From a virus, in the IMG/VR virus record IMGVR_UViG_3300031227_000005: 39,713 nucleotides of DNA; one strand, 5' to 3'. Shown here in pieces: positions 32,772-39,713 of the stretch; positions within the stretch are counted from its first letter, which is position 1, and every line of letters begins with the position of its first letter. The notes below the pieces were generated by a model, which saw only the letters and a list, made by a program, of their open reading frames with translations, made no database searches and was not told the origin of the DNA. Both the position numbers and the translations under genes were made by a program.

Positions 32772-34178
32772 GTGCTTAAATCACGCCGAGAAATCCAAGC
32801 ACTCGAACGCCGCCTGATCGAAACCAACGAAGCGCACACCGCACAACTTCAGCAATTCCAGGCCACCACAGCTGAACAACTCCAGCAATTCGAGAGCGAC
32901 GCCGCGTCTCAACTCCAGACCATGAGCGCGGTCTACTCCCGGCGGTACGCGGCGATTCAGAACGCCGAGGTCGGGATCTGCACGTCATACGATAGCATGG
33001 TCGAGGCAGTCGGAAAGGCATACAACGGATACGCGACGTACGGTTCTCACATCATGTACAACCTCATAAACACCCGTGCCGCGTTCACCGTTGGCGAGGG
33101 TGTTGTCTTTCGTGCCCGCGAAGGCATGAACGCCGACAGAGAACTCGCGTACATGGAACGGCTACTCGTGAACAACGGTCTCGACTACGCCGGGCCGCAT
33201 GAACTCGCGTGCGAGGCGGAGATCACTGGAAAGTGTGCTGTCGGTCTCTGGATGAAGAACGGGCAGGTAGAGGTTCGATTCCTGCCTTACGAGGTGTTGG
33301 GATACGAGGTCGAGATCGATGGCGTGGACTACCTGACTTACACCGGCATGTCATTCAACAAGAAGGACAGCAGCGGCAAGAAAATGCCGTCGTTGAAACC
33401 TGAACAGTTCGTATACGGTCGCTTCGGTGGTCGATACTTCTATGTGAACAACACGCCGCCACGCCTCGGTAAGGTCTTGCGGTACATCCAGAACCTTGAC
33501 CGCGTGATTCGAGACTGGCGTGATATCAACTCTGTCTCTGCACATCCCACTCCGACCATTACGCCGAACGAAGGCATCGGAGCGACGGCGATAAAGGACG
33601 ATCTCAAGGACAGCGACGGGAAACTGTTGTGGGAACCCGGCGACATGGTGATCGTCGATGGGAAATTCGCATGGGAAACGCCGCCGACATCGGCAGGTAT
33701 CGACAGCCTTCGTCAGGAGATGGAGGCCCTTGTCAAGTCGATTTCCGCGAACTCTGGCATTCCGCCGCACTTCCTCGGACACCCGGACCTCATGTCGAAC
33801 CGATCGGTTGCCGATAATCTCATTGATATGATTCTCATGACCACGTCGAAGGAAACGCAGACATGGGAAGGCTGGTGGCAGGAACTAGTATTTAAGTCTA
33901 TCACCATGCAGAACGAACGCGGCGCACCCGGCACAGGCGGCATGAAAACCGATGTGATCGAAGTATCTATCCAGCAGATTGCCGCCGCGAAGATATCAGA
34001 ACTGCAGGAAACGTGGTTGCCGCTGCACATGTCGGGCGCGTTGTCGCTTGATTCGCTCCTATCGAAGATCCCCGGCATTGACGCCACCGAAGAGCGATTA
34101 CGAATCGAAAACGACCAACTGAGGCTATTGCCGGGCGGAGCGTTAGATGGAACACTTGATACAGCGTCTGCAATGTGA
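32772..34178 (+). CDS. Portal protein
   Basis: 468 aa with a GTG start and GGAG upstream. The call rests on size and position between the terminase and scaffold/capsid genes. Confidence 0.7.
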   Translation: MLKSRREIQALERRLIETNEAHTAQLQQFQATTAEQLQQFESDAASQLQTMSAVYSRRYAAIQNAEVGICTSYDSMVEAVGKAYNGYATYGSHIMYNLINTRAAFTVGEGVVFRAREGMNADRELAYMERLLVNNGLDYAGPHELACEAEITGKCAVGLWMKNGQVEVRFLPYEVLGYEVEIDGVDYLTYTGMSFNKKDSSGKKMPSLKPEQFVYGRFGGRYFYVNNTPPRLGKVLRYIQNLDRVIRDWRDINSVSAHPTPTITPNEGIGATAIKDDLKDSDGKLLWEPGDMVIVDGKFAWETPPTSAGIDSLRQEMEALVKSISANSGIPPHFLGHPDLMSNRSVADNLIDMILMTTSKETQTWEGWWQELVFKSITMQNERGAPGTGGMKTDVIEVSIQQIAAAKISELQETWLPLHMSGALSLDSLLSKIPGIDATEERLRIENDQLRLLPGGALDGTLDTASAM

Positions 34179-35346
34179 ACTTCAGCAGATGGAAGCCGTT
34201 GACATAGAGGGGATGATCGATCCCGAACGACTCGCGTCGATTCAGTCACGCGACGACCATCCGCAATTCCGAGCGTATTCGATTGCACACGAGGGCGTGT
34301 CGAAGAACAGCAACCTCGTCGGCAAGGGTGCTGTCGCACTCAAATGGGTGCGCGATAAGGTTATCGCAACGTTCGGCATGCTGAAGGCCGGGACACCGGT
34401 GTTCGACGGGCACGGCTCGACCAACTCGACCGCGAACCGCGAATCCATCGGCGAGATCGTCGGTAAGACCATGTCCAACATCGGCGGGGTACTTCATACC
34501 ATCGCGGCGGTCTGGTTGAAACCGGAACACAGGGACAAGAAGCTGGATGGAGCTTCGATAGAGGCTGGCATATCGGTAAACAACACGGCGACGTCGGATA
34601 GGTCACCAATCACCGATTGGGCCATTACTGCACTCACGGGCCTTGGGTTGGCGGATAAGGACCAAACGCCACCAGCTCTGGCAGGTACTACCATGCTCGG
34701 ACAAATACAGCAGTTCGAGACAGGAAACAACGACAGCGGAGGAAATAACGTGGAACCTACAGCGACACCAATCAACTTGCAGACTATCAGGGCATTTATC
34801 TCGGAGCAGGGTACAGCACCCTCTGCGCTTTTCGGGGCCGATGTGCTCGCGAAGGACGAGACCGTGGTCGGTCTCGTTAATGCAACGAAGGAAGAATCCG
34901 GAAAACTGGTCACCGCCGAGAAGGAAAAGAACACCGCCGCCGTCGGGACCATGAAGGCCGACCGCGACAAGTGGCGCGTCGATGCCAGCATGAACACCGC
35001 GAAGACGGCACTCGACACGCTGTCCAAGGAACGCAAGGTCACCGACATGCAGAAGGCGTTCGTCGAGAAGCGGTTCGCATCGTTCAAGCCGGATATTCCC
35101 GAGGACAAGAACGGGAACATTCCCGAAGGCACCGACATGTCCGCCGTGATCTCGACACAGGTCGGCAAGCACCTGGACGGTGAAATTGCGGAATTCACGG
35201 AGTTCGGGAAGATCTACGGCGTCGAAGATCCCGGCACCGTGACCGGAGAGGACGACCCGAAGCCCGAAATGGGCGGCGGTGACAAGTCGGCGAAGGGTAG
35301 CGATAAGAATTACACGGACAAGAAAGACAATGACTTCATTGCCTGA
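34147..35346 (+). CDS. Capsid scaffolding protein (possibly with an N-terminal maturation domain)
   Basis: 399 aa. The C-terminal half is charged and coiled-coil (KEESGKLVTAEKEKNTAAVGTMKADRDKWR...). It lies between the portal and capsid genes. Confidence 0.5.
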   Translation: MEHLIQRLQCELQQMEAVDIEGMIDPERLASIQSRDDHPQFRAYSIAHEGVSKNSNLVGKGAVALKWVRDKVIATFGMLKAGTPVFDGHGSTNSTANRESIGEIVGKTMSNIGGVLHTIAAVWLKPEHRDKKLDGASIEAGISVNNTATSDRSPITDWAITALTGLGLADKDQTPPALAGTTMLGQIQQFETGNNDSGGNNVEPTATPINLQTIRAFISEQGTAPSALFGADVLAKDETVVGLVNATKEESGKLVTAEKEKNTAAVGTMKADRDKWRVDASMNTAKTALDTLSKERKVTDMQKAFVEKRFASFKPDIPEDKNGNIPEGTDMSAVISTQVGKHLDGEIAEFTEFGKIYGVEDPGTVTGEDDPKPEMGGGDKSAKGSDKNYTDKKDNDFIA

Positions 35347-35370
35347 AGACCGTAACCCGTAGGAGGACGC

Positions 35371-35646
35371 ATGGTCGAGTCCATTACTGATCTCATGACG
35401 AACCCGGTACTATCAGGGTTCGGCGGAATGGCTTCTGTGTACGTGGTGAGTCTGATAAAACGGATTGCACCGTCGAAGCAGATGCGGTTCCTCATTTCCG
35501 TTGCGGTGGCGGCACTGGCTGGTGTCGTTGTTCCGGCGTGTCGCGGCGTTCCTCTCGAATGGGGACAGATCATTCAGTATGCAACAGTTGGATTTGCGAC
35601 CGCCCAAGCGACATACAACTCGGTCAAGTTTCTTAGAAAAGCATGA
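35371..35646 (+). CDS. Holin-like membrane protein (2-3 TM segments)
   Basis: 91 aa. Hydrophobic segments are VLSGFGGMASVYVVSLI, FLISVAVAALAGVVVPA and IIQYATVGFATAQA, followed by a basic C-terminus. Confidence 0.45.
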   Translation: MVESITDLMTNPVLSGFGGMASVYVVSLIKRIAPSKQMRFLISVAVAALAGVVVPACRGVPLEWGQIIQYATVGFATAQATYNSVKFLRKA

Positions 35647-35713
35647 ACGCGCGGCGGGTACCCGACTGGTTGCCCGCCGCATGACTGACCATCCTTAATA
35701 CGGGGATATTAAC

Positions 35714-36598
35714 ATGGCCGTTGACGTCTACACGTTCCAACTCAGGAACACGCCCTACCGGATCGCAGAGGGGGCTGTTGCCGCCGCCACGCTGACAGCG
35801 GGCACGCTCATTGCACACGAGGACTTGATCGGTATTGTCAACCAGGACACCGCGATCACCGAAACGTTCGGGTTGATCTATCAGGCCGACAAGATCGTTC
35901 TGCCGATTGCCACCGTCAGTGGTTCTGCGGTCGTTGCTGGTGATCGTCTGTACTTCGACGAAGCGAACAACCAGTTGACGCAGACAGCTACCACGGACAT
36001 CTGGTGTGCAATCGCCCTCGAACCCGCCGCGCTCACCGAAGTTGAGGTTACGTGTTATCTGGACTCCACGATGGAAGACAGCGACATGTTGGCCGCACTC
36101 GCCACGAACACGGCTGGTATCGCTACCAACGTGACCGACATTGGCGACAATGTTACCGACATTGCGACTAACGTGTCGGACATCCTGGCCAACACAGCAC
36201 TCGCGAACGACGTGTCGAAGTTGCACGTTCACACGCAGGTTGTCACCACGTCCGAACTGAACGCGAACGAAGTGCTCGTTGCTGGTGTCGTCGGTAGGAC
36301 GTACACCATCCACGGATTCCGTCTGGCATTCGCCGGTGCGTTTGCGACGTTGACCGACGTTCGTATCTCTGATACGTTCAGCACCGAAGTTGATGCGGTG
36401 ACGGTCGCTGTCGCTGCTATCGGTTCCGGTGGTGAGATCATTTCTGACGCTCTGGTGATTGCCAACGTTACCATCGGTGCTGGTTTCGACGCGGCCCTGA
36501 CCGTAGATGAGGGTATCCAGCTTCGCAAGACCGGAAGCGATGGAACTGTCGGAACAGCGGTCACGGTCTCGGTTTTCTACACGTACACTGACGCCTAA
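35714..36598 (+). CDS. Head decoration protein (DUF2190-like N-terminus) with a heptad stalk and a C-terminal beta domain
   Basis: It sits directly before the MCP, like lambda D. The N-terminus is ...AGTLIAHEDLIGIVNQD...AVVAGDRLYF. Six heptads follow, then a beta-rich C-terminus. Confidence 0.55.
   Translation: MAVDVYTFQLRNTPYRIAEGAVAAATLTAGTLIAHEDLIGIVNQDTAITETFGLIYQADKIVLPIATVSGSAVVAGDRLYFDEANNQLTQTATTDIWCAIALEPAALTEVEVTCYLDSTMEDSDMLAALATNTAGIATNVTDIGDNVTDIATNVSDILANTALANDVSKLHVHTQVVTTSELNANEVLVAGVVGRTYTIHGFRLAFAGAFATLTDVRISDTFSTEVDAVTVAVAAIGSGGEIISDALVIANVTIGAGFDAALTVDEGIQLRKTGSDGTVGTAVTVSVFYTYTDA
36098..36223 (+). repeat. Six in-frame heptad (21-nt) repeats
   Basis: LATNTAG IATNVTD IGDNVTD IATNVSD ILANTAL ANDVSKL. 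At the DNA level, three adjacent related 21-mers lie at 36119..36181. Confidence 0.8.
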
Positions 36599-36660
36599 GC
36601 AGACATCACGCCCGGATGTTTGCCGGACGTATAGACACGAATACACACAAGGAGACAGAC

Positions 36661-37656
36661 ATGGGGCGTGTAATCAAGGACTGGTCAGTGGTCGATTTCA
36701 AGAACCCGGAGCATTTCAAGAAGGTTGTCGGCGCGGTGAATGCGTTCCTGCATGAGCCGAGTAACCCGACGATCAGCAAGGAGAAGCTCGAACAGTTCTC
36801 CGTTGTTGACGATCTGACCGAAGCACAGCGCAAGGTCGTGGCGCGTTTCTGGCAGACCGAAGCCTTCGATATGGGGTACGAGAAGATCTACCAGATCGAC
36901 GACTACATCGGTCAGGGTCTCGCTGGGTTCACCGTCGAGGACGTCACCGCTGCTATCGTGTTCAAGAAGATGCAGGACTTCAACAAGAGCGAAACGTACC
37001 AGATCGCCGCTGGCGACGCGTTCGTTCCGTTCTACACGATGTCCGCTGGTCTCGCGTGGACTGCTCAGATGATCCGTCAGCGGCAGTGGGTGAACATCGA
37101 ATCCAACATTGCGATGTTGAGGAATCAGGGATACCACGACCGCGCACAGGACTTCTACGACGGCCTCACTATCGCCATGACCGCCGCGTCTGGTCAGGAT
37201 ATCGCGTGGGGTGGCACTACCGACGACACTCAGGCACAGCGAGACGCGTACACGGCGAACAATGCTGTCGTGAAGATCATTCGCGGCACGAAGGATCTCG
37301 GCCTCGGTATCACGCCTATGTCTCAGTTCACGGCCGTGGTCCCGCTGGAACTCGTTGACCGCGTCGCGAAGGCGTTGTCCTCGAATCAGCAGGAGTTCGA
37401 CAGCTCCCGGAAGCTGACCAACTACAACATCGAATTGGTACCGACCGCGATGTTGCGGGACGCCAGCGGAGACCCGATCACGGATCAGTGGTACATCGTC
37501 GCACCTGGCCGCAAACTTCGCGGTGGCATTGAGGAAGAGTTCGAGCTGACAGCCTTCTTCGATCCATCGAACCGGAATCAGGCAAATTACGCGTTCATGA
37601 GCTACGGTTTGACGTTCGGCCAGTCCAAGCAGGGTACCACGCTGGCGATCGCCTGA
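36661..37656 (+). CDS. Major capsid protein (by synteny and expression signals)
   Basis: The ATG at 36661 has AAGGAGA upstream. 331 aa. TTA, CTA and TCA codons are absent, which is why the mirrored antisense frame is open. A hairpin with a T-rich tail follows the gene. Confidence 0.7.
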   Translation: MGRVIKDWSVVDFKNPEHFKKVVGAVNAFLHEPSNPTISKEKLEQFSVVDDLTEAQRKVVARFWQTEAFDMGYEKIYQIDDYIGQGLAGFTVEDVTAAIVFKKMQDFNKSETYQIAAGDAFVPFYTMSAGLAWTAQMIRQRQWVNIESNIAMLRNQGYHDRAQDFYDGLTIAMTAASGQDIAWGGTTDDTQAQRDAYTANNAVVKIIRGTKDLGLGITPMSQFTAVVPLELVDRVAKALSSNQQEFDSSRKLTNYNIELVPTAMLRDASGDPITDQWYIVAPGRKLRGGIEEEFELTAFFDPSNRNQANYAFMSYGLTFGQSKQGTTLAIA

Positions 37657-37697
37657 TCTTTCTGATTCCTCCGCGAGCTGGTCCGCTCGTGTTCGAC

Positions 37698-37740
37698 GGG
37701 GCCGGGTGCACACACGGCTCGGCTCCGTCTTTCTCTTTAC
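37698..37740 (+). terminator. Possible intrinsic terminator after the capsid gene
   Basis: GGGGCCGGGT (37698..37707) pairs with GCTCGGCTCC (37717..37726), using 3 G-U pairs. GTCTTTCTCTTTAC follows. Confidence 0.4.
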
Positions 37741-37757
37741 GCGATAGGTAAAGAATT

Positions 37758-38225
37758 ATGGCTCTGATACCCGGAACGAATACGTGGTGCACGTTGGTCG
37801 AAGCTGATGCCTACATGGTCTACCGTCTCGGTTCCGATGCGTGGGATGATAGCGACGCACAGGAGGCCGCGCTGGTTACCGCGTTCAACGACTTGAACCG
37901 GGCCGGGTTGTATTCATTGCCGGGTGTCCCAACAGCGGGCACCGACGACGATGTGTGTGGTGCACAATGCGAACAGGCACTGTTCCGCCTCCAGAACCTC
38001 AGCGGGCGCGACCAACGCGCCTCAACCTCCGCGATGGGAGTCAAATCGGCAGGATTGATACAGGAGACGTACATCGAACCGCGCCCCGGTATTTACATTT
38101 CGATGGACGCGGACGCCGCACTGCACGACCGCAAGACGCTGAAGAAGTCGGCGGTTATTCTACCGCTACGTACCAAGGATGTGCACACGTCGTACGACGA
38201 CGATGCCATACAGTACCAACCGTAG
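37758..38225 (+). CDS. Head-tail connector / adaptor (gp6-like, tentative)
   Basis: 155 aa. The N-terminus (CTLVEADAYMVYRLGSDAWDDSDAQEAALVTAFNDLN) resembles the connector/DnaT_2-like pattern. Confidence 0.45.
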   Translation: MALIPGTNTWCTLVEADAYMVYRLGSDAWDDSDAQEAALVTAFNDLNRAGLYSLPGVPTAGTDDDVCGAQCEQALFRLQNLSGRDQRASTSAMGVKSAGLIQETYIEPRPGIYISMDADAALHDRKTLKKSAVILPLRTKDVHTSYDDDAIQYQP

Positions 38226-38233
38226 GGGACCCG

Positions 38234-39196
38234 ATGCCGAAGCCTCGAATGTTCGGGATGACCGACATCGAAGCCGCAAATCTCGCGGAATCGTCACTGA
38301 CAGCTATCGACGACGCGTACCGGCGTGCCGACGTGCGGTTGACCCGTATCGTTGCGAAGGCGGGCACTGAGTCGAGCAGGGTTCGCGCGACCGAACTACA
38401 GCGTCAGGTCCGGATCATTCGTGGGCGTCTGAACAAAGCCGTCAAAGACCACTCGTCAAACCTCATTCGTGGCGACTACGCAAATGCCGCACTCACGACA
38501 CGCGGCGCACTCGCGAACCTCGGCAACGACATAGCTCGGACGCCGTTCGCACGAATACACACCGCCGCCGTCAACGTGGTAACCGAACAGATGTCAGTTG
38601 AACTTCTTGCGGCGAACAACAGCATCGCGAAGCGTGTCGGATCGTATATCCGCCTGACTCAACAGCAACTCGTCGCCGAGGAAGCTATCAATCGTTCTAT
38701 CGCCGCCGGACTGATCGAAGGGCAGACGCGCCGCGCGACGAGCAGCGAGTTTCACAAGCTGTTGCAGACTCAACTACAGGACGGCAAGTTTATGTCCGTG
38801 AACGGGCGAAGCTACCGCCCGGACAAGTACGCGGAACTAGTGACACGCACACGCACGCGCGAGGCGGTGACCGGTGGCGCGATCGACACGAACCTCGAAT
38901 ATGGCAACGACTTGATACAGGTGTCGGTCCACGTCCACGGGATCGATCCATGCACACCGTTCGCGGGGCGCGTGTTCTCTATCTCGGGAACGGACCCGGT
39001 GTTTCCGGCGTTGACTGAACGCCCGCCGTACCACCCGAACTGCAAACACGTCCTTGTTCCGGTGAATGATGCTATCCTGAAATCTCGCGGGCAGTACGAA
39101 GCACTCGCGGAACTGAGCAACGACCCGGACGCGGTGTTCGACAACCATTCCGATTTTGTTTCACAGCGTAACGCGCTGGAGGGGACCACAGTATGA
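38234..39196 (+). CDS. Minor head morphogenesis protein, Mu F / SPP1 gp7 family
   Basis: Starts at the internal ATG 38234 (GGGGA upstream). The C-terminal signature is ERPPYHPNCKHVLVP, of the PPxHPNCRC type. Confidence 0.75.
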   Translation: MPKPRMFGMTDIEAANLAESSLTAIDDAYRRADVRLTRIVAKAGTESSRVRATELQRQVRIIRGRLNKAVKDHSSNLIRGDYANAALTTRGALANLGNDIARTPFARIHTAAVNVVTEQMSVELLAANNSIAKRVGSYIRLTQQQLVAEEAINRSIAAGLIEGQTRRATSSEFHKLLQTQLQDGKFMSVNGRSYRPDKYAELVTRTRTREAVTGGAIDTNLEYGNDLIQVSVHVHGIDPCTPFAGRVFSISGTDPVFPALTERPPYHPNCKHVLVPVNDAILKSRGQYEALAELSNDPDAVFDNHSDFVSQRNALEGTTV

Positions 39197-39713
39197 CGTA
39201 CGTGCAATACCTGGACGCGATCCAGTCTGGCCTACCCGTAGCACTGACGAACGGCACAACGGCGAACATCTCCGTCAAGCTACCGCAAACAACGCGGTAT
39301 ATCACATTCCTCCCGAGTATTGCCGTCGATCTCGGGAAGTTCTATTCGACGAAACAGGCAAACGACTCGTTCGAGTTGCGCGCCTTCGTCGAGTCTGGCG
39401 ATCTGGTCGCGTCCACGGGAACCATCCCGATGCACGACGACAGCCCTGCATTCGCGCGGTCAGTGGCATTGATCAACCACGCGGTGACCGACGCGTCAAC
39501 CGCCGCAACGTTGACCGGTAGAGCGTTCGAGGTTCGCTTGCAGTGCGACATCGACGCTTACATTGGGTTCGACGTGGCAGCCGCCGCCACCAACTCTTAC
39601 AAGATTCTCGCCGACACGCCGCAAGACTTCCACGTCGCCGGGATATCGTCGATTGTTGCACTCCGCGTTGGGGCCGCCGATGGCGTGCTCCAGATACTGG
39701 AGATGCTTCCAGA
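39193..39713 (+). CDS. Hypothetical protein of the head/neck module. The ORF runs off the right edge and closes at 138..140 once the repeat is collapsed (about 177 aa).
   Basis: ATG at 39193 overlaps the upstream stop (ATGA). The frame stays open to 39713 and, through the repeat, reaches TGA at 138..140. That stop overlaps the GTG of the next gene (GTGA). Confidence 0.6.
   Translation, partial: MTYVQYLDAIQSGLPVALTNGTTANISVKLPQTTRYITFLPSIAVDLGKFYSTKQANDSFELRAFVESGDLVASTGTIPMHDDSPAFARSVALINHAVTDASTAATLTGRAFEVRLQCDIDAYIGFDVAAAATNSYKILADTPQDFHVAGISSIVALRVGAADGVLQILEMLP
39587..39713. repeat. Right copy of 127-bp direct terminal repeat
   Basis: Identical to 1..127. An overlap of 127 is typical of de Bruijn assembler circular overlaps. 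Confidence 0.97.

Noticed and set aside
35633-36646. 337-aa antisense ORF covering the decoration gene
   Set aside because: Same codon-register mirror effect as for the capsid gene. The product is Arg/Gly/Val-rich and does not look like a protein.
36685-37713. 342-aa antisense ORF covering the whole major capsid gene
   Set aside because: Its triplets are in the same register as the capsid codons. Both start at positions that are 1 modulo 3. It is therefore open only because the sense gene lacks TTA, CTA and TCA codons. It has no RBS and its composition is Arg/Val-rich and low-complexity.
37955-38233. N-terminal extension of the Mu-F-like ORF, and the similar extensions at 7554..7661, 13146..13190 and 36616..36660
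   Set aside because: Each extension overlaps the preceding gene in another frame. Each also has an internal start with a Shine-Dalgarno-like site at the expected junction.

Overview
The window is a complete, circularly closed dsDNA tailed-phage genome. Bases 1..127 are identical to 39587..39713, so the unique length is about 39,586 bp. Coding density is very high, and no tRNA, rRNA, CRISPR array, transposase or integrase was recognised.

The plus strand carries a lambda-like morphogenesis block:
- TerS and TerL
- portal and scaffold
- decoration protein and major capsid protein
- connector and a Mu-F/SPP1-gp7-like head protein
- neck proteins, major tail protein, and a chaperone pair with the second ORF in the -1 frame
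- tape measure
- gpM-, gpL- and gpK-like tail tip proteins, then a 1718-aa gpI/gpJ-like host-specificity protein
- a non-canonical lysis cluster

This block ends at a perfect bidirectional hairpin terminator (14629..14659). It converges there with a leftward early operon (19717 down to 14704). That operon encodes an acidic protein, a Gp157/Gam-like protein, Erf recombinase, several unknowns and an N4/N6 DNA methyltransferase.

A divergent promoter region at 19.72-19.93 kb separates the leftward operon from the rightward early/replication genes. Those genes are a MazG-like protein, a small RHH regulator, an O-like initiator, a DnaC-like loader and a LexA-type wHTH, followed by about 6 kb of unknown genes.

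The observations most worth following up are:
- iteron-like repeats inside the initiator gene
- four promoters sharing a TTGAC-17nt-TAnAnT layout with GTATAC in the spacer
- a frame-split three-Cys Gp37/Gp68 gene next to an HD-like protein
- a family of small Arg/Lys-rich proteins
- a mosaic receptor-binding protein and a LamG gene, both with low-GC segments
- a decoration protein carrying a heptad stalk

I found no clearly novel multi-gene system; the unannotated blocks at 24.1-27.5 kb and 27.5-29.9 kb are the most likely places for one. All family assignments come from motif recognition by eye, not from searches.
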